Shown piece after piece: positions 52,834 to 64,000 of a stretch of DNA of 64,000 bases. The stretch covers positions 58,218,001 through 58,282,000 of the forward strand of contig OX597823.1 in NCBI GenBank assembly GCA_951406725.2. The letters run 5' to 3'. Source of the stretch: Octopus vulgaris (lineage: Eukaryota). A model generated the notes under the pieces. The model worked only from the letters and a program-made list of their open reading frames with translations, made no database searches and was not told where the DNA came from. Position numbers and translations under genes: made by a program. Positions within the stretch are counted from its first letter, which is position 1; every line of letters starts with the position of its first letter.

Positions 52834-53780
52834 CATTGGGTTACCCGGAAATTCATACCTATTTTTAAGGAAAATTAAAAGACAAAACAAAATTATGCCG
52901 CAGTTAAATATTTATTCAACTAAATATGAACCATTTTGTTGTACAACCTTTCTTCATCTTACCTTCCCAGAATTTCGGCGATTTCTTGGCAAAGAACTCA
53001 TTAAGGCAGTTGTTTTATGTCTTCCAAAGAATTAAAATATTTTACCATTGAAATTATTTTGAAAGGACCTAAATAAATGAAAATCCCAATGAGTAATATC
53101 TGATGAATTTGGCGGGTGCAACAATTTTTGATGGGTCACCAAAGAAACGTTAGGTTTGATATTATCCTGATGGAAAACAACACCTTTCTTCTACGCCTTT
53201 AAATCGTCCGGTTGCGAACAGTACTTCTCAGAATTATTTGACTGGTTATTTGATAGAAGCTCATAGTACAGGATTCTTTTTCAAATCCCACCAAATGCAG
53301 AGCATGACTTTCTTAGGATGAAGACGTACTTTTGATTTGGCTAAAGGTGCCTCATTTCGCTTACTCCAGGATTTTTTACGCTAAACATTGTCACAAACTA
53401 TTTCTTATTACCTGCTACAATTAGCTTCAAAAGGGGGTGCATTTTCATTGCGTTTAAACAGCAAATCACAAACCGAAATGCAACCCAAAAGATTCTTTTC
53501 ACTCAGATCATGTACTACCCAAAAGTCGTAGCGATTTGAGTAACCATGCTCATGGATGGTGGAATTTGATAATTTCAGTGTTTCTGCCAATTCCCGCGGT
53601 GTGTAATGCGGGTTATTCTCAATCAGTGTCTTGATTTGGTCGTCATCTGAAGTGATGAGGTCTGCCTGAGCGTTCTTCATATATAAATCTACAATCATCA
53701 GCTCTAAACTTAGCGAACCGCTTCCGTACAGTTCAGTCAGCTAAAGCACCTTCACCGTCCACAGCACAGATCTTTTCAAA
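52834..53780 (-). mobile_element. Decayed mariner element covering most of the transposase and the 3' TIR
   Basis: ORF 53408-53698 gives IENNPHYTPRELAETLKLS and WVVHDL (WVPHEL motif). Downstream are GVVFHQDN and HPPNSSDI, and a TIR-like end ATTGGGTTACCCGGAAATTC. Confidence 0.88.
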
Positions 53781-53793
53781 CATACATAAATAC

Positions 53794-53845
<52 letters not shown>

Positions 53846-53846
53846 T

Positions 53847-53881
<35 letters not shown>

Positions 53882-53882
53882 G

Positions 53883-53938
<56 letters not shown>

Positions 53939-54330
53939 GTATGTATATATATATATATATATATATATCATATGATAATGATGATGATAACGCCGATCAT
54001 GACAACGATGGCTGCGATAACTATGACGACGATAGCGATGATAATGATGTCAAGGAAGAGAAGGATCATGACCACAACGACCATCACGTCGATGACGATG
54101 ATGGCGGTGATGACCAATATTTTAAACATCAGATATCAGATTTATATTGTATCAGATTTATGTTCACCAACTTCCTATGTTTGGCGGCACAATATATAAA
54201 ATAGCATCACTTTCAAGACCCGTCTCCCACACAGAAATAAAATACAATTATACATACATACATATACATATATATATATATACATATATATAAATACATA
54301 TATATATATATATATGTATAAATATATATG

Positions 54331-54442
<112 letters not shown>

Positions 54443-54767
54443 TACATATATAAGCAGAAGGAAATCAAAACCAAGATCACACGAATACACACATGTACAT
54501 GTACACATTTTCGTACACATACATAAACATGCGTACACTAGTTTACATATGCAGAAACACTGCAAAAAGCAGAGATACGTGCATTGCTACTGTGTTGGAC
54601 ATTGTCAATTAAATTATGTATGTGATCTATTATCTATTCTCGTTTATCTATCAGTCTATCTATCTATATGCCTGTCTGTCTCTGTCTGTCTGTTTGCCTG
54701 TCTATCTATTTATCTTCCTGTCTATTTGTCCGTCTGCCTTTCTATCTATCTGTCTATTTAACTATCC

Positions 54768-54845
<78 letters not shown>

Positions 54846-55000
54846 ATGTATGTATGTATGTGTGTGTGTGTATGACTGTCTGTCTGTCTATCTATCTATT
54901 TATCTATATGTCTGTCTAGTTATCTATCATCATTATTGATATTAACATTGCTGTTACAACTTACACACACATATACATAGACACATATATACATATATGC

Positions 55001-55061
<61 letters not shown>

Positions 55062-55260
55062 TAAATACACACGCATATATGTCTATAGGTATATATATAT
55101 GTTTATATGCGTGTATATTCGTGTATGTGTTAATCAAAACGACATTTTATTGGAAATATTGTCATTGAGAAAATGATATCTAAAACTTAATTTATGTATG
55201 CCGAATTACAAAGTTTTCAACATATGATATATAGGGGCAATGTTGTAGATAGGCATATAA

Positions 55261-55299
<39 letters not shown>

Positions 55300-55306
<7 letters not shown>

Positions 55307-56211
55307 CGAAGAAGAAGAAAAAGAAGAAGAAAAAGAAGAGGACGTAGAAGAAGAAAAATTGCAATAATAATAATAACAACAACAACAAGGAGAAGAAGAA
55401 GAAGAAGAAGAAGAAGAAGAAGAAGAAGAAGAAGAAGAAGAAGAAGAAGAAGAAGAAAAAGAAGAAGAAGAAGGAGACGTAGAAGAAGAAAAATTGCAAT
55501 AATAATAATAATAACAATAAGAAGGAGGAGAAGAAGAAGAAGAAGAAGAAGAAGAAGAAGAAGAAGGAGACGTAGAAGAAGAAAAATTGCAATAATAATA
55601 ATAATAACAATAAGAAGGAGGAGAAGAAGAAGAAGAAGAAGAAGAAGAAGAAGAAGAAGAAGAAGAAGGAGACGTAGAAGAAGAAAAATTGCAATAATAA
55701 TAATAATAACAATAAGAAGAAGGAGAAGAAGAAGAAGGAGACGTAGAAGAAGAAAAAGAAGAAGAAGAAGAAGAAGAAGGAGACGTAGAAGAAGAAAAAT
55801 TGCAATAATAATAATAACAACAACAACAAGGAGAAGAAGAAGAAGAAGAAGAAGAAGAAGAAGAAGAAGAAGACGAAGAAAAAGAAGAAGAAGAAGGAGA
55901 CGTAGAAGAAGAAAAATTGCAATAATAATAATAATAACAATAAGAAGGAGGAGAAGAAGGAGAAGAAGAAGAAGAAGAAGAAGAAGAAGAAGAAGAAGAA
56001 GAAAAAGAAGAAGAAGAAGAAGAAGAAGAAGAAGAAGAAGAAGAAGGAGGAGACGTAGAAGAAGAAAAATTGCAATAATAATAATAACAATAATAATAAT
56101 AATAACAATAAGAAGGAAGAAGAAGAAGAAGAAGAAGAAGAAGAAGAAGAAGAAGAAGACGTAGAAGAAGAAAAAATGCAATAATAATAATAATAACAAT
56201 AATAATAATAA

Positions 56212-56242
<31 letters not shown>

Positions 56243-56296
56243 AAGAAGAAGAAGAAGAAGAAGAAGAAGAAGAAGAAGAAGAAGAAGAAGAAGAAG
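55300..56296. repeat. Compound (GAA)n/(AAT)n higher-order minisatellite
   Basis: The anchor GACGTAGAAGAAGAAAAATTGCAATAATAATAATAA recurs about 8 times, separated by variable GAA tracts. Confidence 0.9.
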
Positions 56297-57504
56297 ATGG
56301 TGGTGGCAGCAGCTGTGGTGGGTTTGTTGCTGGGGCTGCTGCTAGTGGTACTGGTTATGGCGCATGTGGTGGTGCCCGCTGGTGATAATAATGATGATAA
56401 TGATGATGATAATGACGATGGTGGTGATGTGGTGGTGGTAGTAGTGATGGTACTACAAGTTCAACTGCTGGTGGTGCTACTGTTGGTGGTGCTACCGTTG
56501 GTGATGATGATGATGATGATGATAACGATGATGATGATGATGATACTGTTCATGATGGCGATGATTACGATGATGACGGTGATAATGATGATATTGACGA
56601 TAACGATGATGATGTCTACGACGACGACAATGATGATGATGATGGCGACGACGATTATGAGCATTGACATGATCAAGTTGAAGAATAACCACTACCACCA
56701 CCACCACCACCGCCGCCACCAGCACAAGAACAATATCAACAACGTTGAGGGTAACGACATTAAGAAGTACGAAATCGTAAAGACAAACAACAACAACAAC
56801 AACAACAACAACATTCAAAGAAAAACAAAAATACGCGACCCCCTCACCTCGCTCCGCCCCGCCCCCAAAAAACTCCAGTATATATAAGACGAGACAAGGC
56901 AAGCTAAAAAAAAAAATATGAGGAAATCGGATAGAGAAAACAAATAAACAAACAGAAAAGAAAAAAACAAACAACTAGCAAAATATATTATACTATCTTC
57001 ATAAATCAAATATTTTGAAATCGAAGCTAAACTGTTGAAATATATTCACAAAGGAACTGGTATACAATATCTGTGGAGTGACATCGACCAAGAAGAAACA
57101 GAGGCATTTTTACGGCTTGCCGTAACTTTGGTAGTTATTATTATCATAATTTTAACAAGAAAATTAGTTACCAATATCATTGGGAAGATAGTTATTAAGT
57201 TTTATCGAAAGAATCTGGATGAGACCAAACCGAAAAAAACCCTAAAAACAAATAAAAAACAAGAGCAAAAAAAGAGAGAGAGAAATGTATATGTATTAAG
57301 GATAAATAAATATAAGGAAAAAAAATATTTGTCAAATTAACGAGGGAAATGATAATGATTATAGGAGTAACGTTACAAATACACACACACACACACACAC
57401 AGAAACACCGATACATAATATGTACCTACATACGTACATACATACGAACATACAAACATATACATACACACAAATGTCTGTGTATAACATGATGTTCATA
57501 TATA

Positions 57505-57590
<86 letters not shown>

Positions 57591-57641
57591 CTGGACCAAT
57601 CTTTGGTCGAAACATATCTAAGTTTATCTAAGTTTATATAT

Positions 57642-57687
<46 letters not shown>

Positions 57688-57792
57688 TCATACATATACA
57701 TACACACATATATATATACATACATATATATATACACACATACATATATATGTGTGTATATGTATACATATACACATATAAACATGTATATA

Positions 57793-57828
<36 letters not shown>

Positions 57829-57856
57829 CATACATGCATATATGTATGTATGTATG

Positions 57857-57909
<53 letters not shown>

Positions 57910-58390
57910 ACATACATATATACATATATATATATACATACATATAAATACACACATACACACATATATATACATATAACAGTGTGTGTGTGTATGTGTG
58001 TGTGTGTGACAAAGCGAAAGAGAAAATGTCTATCATCTTTTATATTAATTGCTTGTATGTCAGACGATCTCTCATCATATTTATATTTTATATTTTATCT
58101 GCTATACACCTATCAAGTTATACGATATCGTATGATATGATACGCTATGTTATATTGTATATCTATACGCCAGTAAATGGGCTTGTCTCTGTGTGTGCGT
58201 TTTTGTGCGTCGGTGCGTCCGATTGTGTGTATGCGAGCGCACGTATGTGAGTGTGTGTGCGCATGCGTGCTTGTGTGCATGACTGATAACGATGGTGTAT
58301 ATATATATATATATATATATATGTCTCAGAATGTGTGTTTCTGGTATGTGTAATGATATATTGGTGAATTGATAAATTGTAGTTTAATAG

Positions 58391-58431
<41 letters not shown>

Positions 58432-58539
58432 GTTCAATTATATTTGTATGTGTGAGTGTATGTGTGTGTGTGTGTGTGTGTATGTGGATATGTAAGTATA
58501 TTTATATATGCATGTGTGCGTGTGTGTATGTATATGTCT

Positions 58540-58574
<35 letters not shown>

Positions 58575-58715
58575 TGAGGCAAAAGTTAGAATACAACTAA
58601 CATACTGACCATATACCCGTGATATATGTTCAAATCCTTGGCTACGTATGTGCATCTTTGAGTGTGGGTGTATGTGTGTGTTTCTGTGTGTGTGTATGTG
58701 TGTGTTTCTGTGTGT

Positions 58716-58793
<78 letters not shown>

Positions 58794-59199
58794 CAGCTAA
58801 TATCATAATCGTTTTATTTGAATCGGATAAATACGACCTTCAAGAATAAAATTTATAAGGCTCGGATCAACTCGGTTATATATTTCAAAACACTTCCTCA
58901 AAGTACCGCAAAGTTGCAAAGGAAATTTATTAGATATTCGACTAAAGTTACATGAAATACCAAATACAAACAATGAGATCTGACTGTTACATTGTACTCA
59001 AGTCAACCCAACTCATCTCTTTGATATATGGTGTCTGTTTTTAGCTACAAAAATATATCCCTGATCGAAGATTAGCTGTGATTAAAAGCACCTCGTCCGA
59101 GATTATTTTGGAGCATGTAAGACTGCATTATTCACTGTCTCCTTTCGTTGCCACAGAGTTTTGAGGGACAGTTAAGACATTATTTACATCAGTTCCCAT

Positions 59200-59444
59200 C
59201 TCTTTTTACTCTTTTACTTGTTTCAGTCGTTTGACTGCGGTCATGCTGGAACACCGCCTTTAGTCGAACAAATCGACCCCAGCACTTATTCTTTGTAAAC
59301 CCAGTACTTATTCTATCGGCTTCTTTTGCCGAACCGCTAAGTTACGGGGACGTGAACACACCAATATCGGTTGTCAAGCGATAGTAGGGAGACAAACACA
59401 GACACACAAACACACACACACACACGCACGCACGCACGCACGCA

Positions 59445-59495
<51 letters not shown>

Positions 59496-59653
59496 GCTTC
59501 TTTCAATTTCCGTCTACCAAATCCACTCACAAGGCTTTGGTCGGCTCGAGGCTATAGTAGGAGACACTTGCCCAAGGTGCCAAGCAGCGAGACTGAACCC
59601 AGAATCATGTGGCTGGTAAGCAAGCTACTTACCACACAGCCACTTCTGCACCA
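59200..59653 (-). mobile_element. SINE family A, full-length
   Basis: Tail, (CA)n tract and head are all present. Confidence 0.9.
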
Positions 59654-59891
59654 TATATATTAATTAATGTTTGTTTGTTTGTTAAAACTGTTTAACATGT
59701 AACTGAACTGATACTCAATACTTTTTGTTCAATAGTTAATTGTAGTATTTTTTTACCAGAGACAGGGGTGATAGTTTCGGGTTGCTGGCCTTTGACAGAT
59801 TATCTTACGAAGGTCAGCAGGCAAAACTTTGAAGTCACAATCATCCCTCTTCGTATAACAGTAAAAGTTATATATGTGTAAGCGTGTGTGG

Positions 59892-59946
<55 letters not shown>

Positions 59947-60290
59947 TATACGCTTAATGAGTGAACGGAATAGATAGATTGATAAACAGTCGGAGACAGA
60001 GAGAGATATGAAGAATTGACGGAACGTAATTTCGTGGAGCAATTCGCGAAAATTGTCAATGGATTATAACATAAACATGAAATGAAGAGCTTACATAAGG
60101 TGAAGCAAGGGCATACCATATATATATGCACCAGTTTAAACTTAACATCTGTGTCTTCACCATACAGAAAAGCACTATATTTATAGTATCTGTTGTTATA
60201 AAAAGAAGAAAATATCCTGCTTCGCACAAACTGATAAGAAACCGAGATAAAAACATTCAGTACAAATATCCTATCACTCTAAATATAACG

Positions 60291-60361
<71 letters not shown>

Positions 60362-60424
60362 GCATACATACATACATACGTATGTACATACACATGTGTG
60401 GGTCTCTGAGTGTGTTAGCGCTTG

Positions 60425-60510
<86 letters not shown>

Positions 60511-60835
60511 ATATACATATATGTATATATATGCATACATATATACAGAATAAGACAAGAAGGACACATTCTACACTTTGTCATTCATTTTGTTTTAATC
60601 ATGCAGTTTTGCACTGAATACATCACGTGATTCACCACTTGATATACATCGCTAGCACCACTTTTTGTATTCTAACAAAGCTATATAGAAATTATTAGTG
60701 ATGCAAGCTTAGTTCTTTCTATTTATGTTTCTTTGTCATATTACAAGAGGAATGACTCAAAAATACGCAAAAATATAAATGGTAACTGAAATAGCATCAA
60801 TCTGACAAGAGCATTTTTTTTATCTATGTGCACGT

Positions 60836-60919
<84 letters not shown>

Positions 60920-60920
60920 T

Positions 60921-60967
<47 letters not shown>

Positions 60968-60973
60968 TATATA

Positions 60974-61568
60974 TAGGTGCAGGCGTGGCTGTGTGGTAAG
61001 AAGCTTGCTTCTCAACCACATGGTTCCAGGTTCAGTCCCGCTGCGTGACACCTTGGGCAAGTGTCTTCTACTATAACCTCAGGTCAACCAAACACGTGTG
61101 AGTGGATTTGGTAGGCTGGAATTTCTTCGACAAAAATGCTGTAATCTTCGACAAAAATGCTGTAATCCAGTATGGCCTCAGTCAAATGACATAAACAAGT
61201 AAAAGAATAAAAGAAAATATATACGTGGCATCTTGGGCAAGTGTCTTCTGCTATAGCCCCGGGCCGACCAATGCCTTGTGAGTGGATTTGGTAGACGGAA
61301 ACTGAAAGAAGCCTGTCGTATATATGTATATATATATGTGTGTATGTATGTGTGTGTGCTTGTGTTCGTCCCCCTAGCATTGCTTTACAACCGATGCTGG
61401 TGTGTTTACGTCCCCGTCACTTAGCGGTTCGGCAAAAGAGACCGATAGAATAAGTACTGGGCTTACAAAGAATAAGTCCCGGGGTCGATTTGCTCGACTA
61501 AAGGCGGTGCTCCAGCATGGCCGCAGTCAAATGACTGAAACAAGTAAAAAGAGTAAAAAAAAAAGAGT
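60974..61568 (+). mobile_element. Two adjacent family A SINEs
   Basis: Internally deleted copy at about 60974-61215 and 5'-truncated copy at about 61225-61568. Confidence 0.85.
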
Positions 61569-61799
61569 ATATACAGAGTGAGACAAAAGTAGCGTCTAAT
61601 TCCTGATTTAGACTGCATATGTATGACTTTCCATTTGGGAAACATTTTTGCTTCCTAACCTTTGCTCTGCGGGTTGGGATAGCAAGGAGTATTAACATCA
61701 TAATACATGATTCAGATTCATTAACTTTCAAAACTGTCAGTAATAACTTACAAAACTGCAAAGAAATTCATGACTTATAAGAAAGTGGGAGCTACTTTT

Positions 61800-61846
<47 letters not shown>

Positions 61847-62030
61847 TAAATACAGGAAGTGGAACAGGTAAAATATAGTCTACATATGTTTCTTGGCTAG
61901 CTGGTCCTCTGATGTAAATTTTTATCGTTCTTCTTTATTGTACACTGTCCACTTTCTTGTTGTCTATACCTATCACGGACTGCTTAAAACTTACAAGCTT
62001 CCTACATTTGGATCTCACCCTTCTATATCG

Positions 62031-62073
<43 letters not shown>

Positions 62074-62334
62074 CGTAAATGTCTAACGATTAAAATGAGT
62101 AATCAACACCGCATTGGTGAATATAATTTCTTTATTTGTAAATTAAGGCTACCATTGGTTTCATGTTAAGGAAAGTAGGAAAATATTTTTTGCGTTTTAA
62201 CAATTTTTCAAGCCAGTCACATGGAAAAAGGTGTTCGTCTCCATTTCGGAAAACACACTCGCCATCCAGGAAAGGACTACCCTATTCACCTACTACAGTA
62301 TTATTTCTGGGTGATGAACAACAGCTCAATATTT

Positions 62335-62479
62335 GAAATGTGAATGTGATATATGTCGACTTTGCCAAGACCTTCGACACAGTCGATCACAGGATGATAC
62401 ATCACAAATTGATTGACCATTGTATCGTTGGAAAATTTGGAAAGTGGCTGTATGCCTTAGACAGTTGCAGCCAAAGGTG

Positions 62480-62527
<48 letters not shown>

Positions 62528-63500
62528 CTCTCTCTCTATCTTTCTTTCTTTCTCTCTCTCTCTCTCTCTTTCTCTCGGGAGACATCAATACTAAGGTGAG
62601 TTACTCAGGGAATGGTAACGGGAACGCCACTAACCTTGGTGGGTCTCTCAAACATGGCCTCAGCAATACATTCAGTCGCTCCCATCTATCTAAAAGTGCA
62701 TTAATATTTAAGTACAATGTGCGAGTGAGTACAAGAAAACAATATGCAGTTCAAAGCCCACAAGCTGCAAGCATTCCGCTGACGACCTACTAACAGATTT
62801 CATGAGTATTGAAATACCGGGTTAGAGTTTATGTGCGTGACATAAGAATCCATAAGATGGTGATCCATGTGCATATGATAGATGGCAACAGTATTCAGGC
62901 GACTGTTTAGTTGGATTCTGAGTTATTTCAGAACACGGAAAAAGGAAACCATCTTGTTCCGACGGAGAACTACCTATGGTCTCCATAAAGAATCACACTA
63001 ACGTTAGAACTCAAGACACTACTACAGCAATAGAAACTGGTAGATGCTAAAAGAGTTGAGGTTCTATTCCCCGAAAAGAAAACACGAAAGATATGCAGTG
63101 ATATATGTATGGAAGATCCTGGAAGGTCTAGCACCCAAACTTGGCATTGAAAATTGCACCAATCGCCGGATTGGACGCCATTGCATAGCACCAAAGTTAC
63201 CTTCCAGACTAAGGAACCAATACTGTAATGGCTGAGAGTTAAAAGCTTCAAACCTTTCAATTCTTTGGTGAAAAGCCTCGGAGACTATGCGGTGTAGATG
63301 AGTATATCTTCATTGAACGATTAGACAAATTTATGTGTGATGTACCAGATGTGCCCACATCACGGCAAGAAATGCAAAGAAGAGAGGTTTTGTTCAACTC
63401 ACTTCTTCACCAGGGACAATTCCGGAGCCCGAGCCGGCAAATGTGTATAAAATAAAAAAGTAAACGCTAAATGAGATCACCCAACATGGCTACAGACTCT
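62335..63500 (+). mobile_element. Heavily decayed CR1-group LINE 3' portion
   Basis: NVIYVDFAKTFDTVDH (ORF 62340) and LKELRFYSPKRKHERYAVIYVWKILEGLAP (ORF 63044). Confidence 0.85.
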
Positions 63501-63524
63501 GGTGGAAACCTGTAACAGAATAAT

Positions 63525-63920
63525 CGCGCAAAGCGTGGTTGTATGGTAAGAAGCTTGCTTCCCAACCATGTAGTTTTGGTTTCAGTCTCACAGTGCGATA
63601 CTTTGGGCAGGTGTCTTCAACTATAGCCCCGGGACTGTAGCCTTCTGAGCGGATTTAGTAAACGGAAACTCAAAAGAACCTGTTGTATATCTCTATGTGT
63701 TGATTTATATATATGTGTGTGCCTTTGTGTTATTGTTGTTTATTCCTGCAGCATCGTGTTAGTTTTCTTACATCTTCATAACCAAGCGGTTCCGCAATAG
63801 ACACCGACAGATAAATACCAGGCTTACAAACAAGTACTGGGGTCGATTTGTTCGACAAAGCCCTTCAGTGTGGTGTTTCATCATGGCAGCGGTCCAATAA
63901 TTGAAAGACATAAACAATAA
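63525..63920 (+). mobile_element. SINE family A, old full-length copy
   Basis: GTGGTTGTATGGTAAGAAGCTTGCTTCCCAACC...GTACTGGGGTCGATTTGTTCGAC. Confidence 0.8.
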
Positions 63921-64000
63921 AATATACATACAGGCACATAGGCACACACAAACATATACATATGTGTAAATATATGTATATAGGGAGATTTTGTATACAT

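Noticed and set aside
55192-56199. 335-aa and 300-aa ORFs
   Set aside because: They are translations of the GAA/AAT array (poly-L, poly-F, poly-I).
55300-56200. CRISPR-like repeat-spacer appearance
   Set aside because: The spacers are GAA tracts rather than unique sequence, the context is eukaryotic, and there are no cas genes.
56297-56974. Poly-M/V/H ORFs
   Set aside because: They derive from GAT/GGT/CAC repeats and show no domain evidence.

Overview
Very AT-rich, microsatellite-dense eukaryotic DNA. It is most likely an octopus/coleoid cephalopod intergenic or intronic region; this is inferred from a mollusc-type 5S rRNA copy and from abundant SINE families that I recognise from memory, not from a search. 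No host protein-coding gene can be supported, and almost all ORFs in the track are translations of (TA)n, (CA)n, (GATA)n, (TAA)n or (GAA)n repeats. The window is a graveyard of nested mobile elements: four tRNA-type SINE families (dozens of copies), decayed CR1, RTE and L1/Tx1-like LINE pieces, mariner and Tc1 remnants, hAT-type MITEs (one with a perfect 8-bp TSD), three non-autonomous Helitrons and a 5S rRNA pseudogene. The most interesting signal is a set of roughly ten minimal type-I hammerhead-ribozyme motifs from several unrelated short repeat families. They have a palindromic helix III, as in Penelope-like elements and retrozymes. Some have canonical cores (20437-20477, 20145-20185, 36778-36883). 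Others share recurrent non-canonical cores (CUGUNGA; UUGAUAA/GCAA). Several sit in or beside long fold-back palindromes embedded in (TA)n tracts. Most repeat boundaries were read by eye and are approximate.
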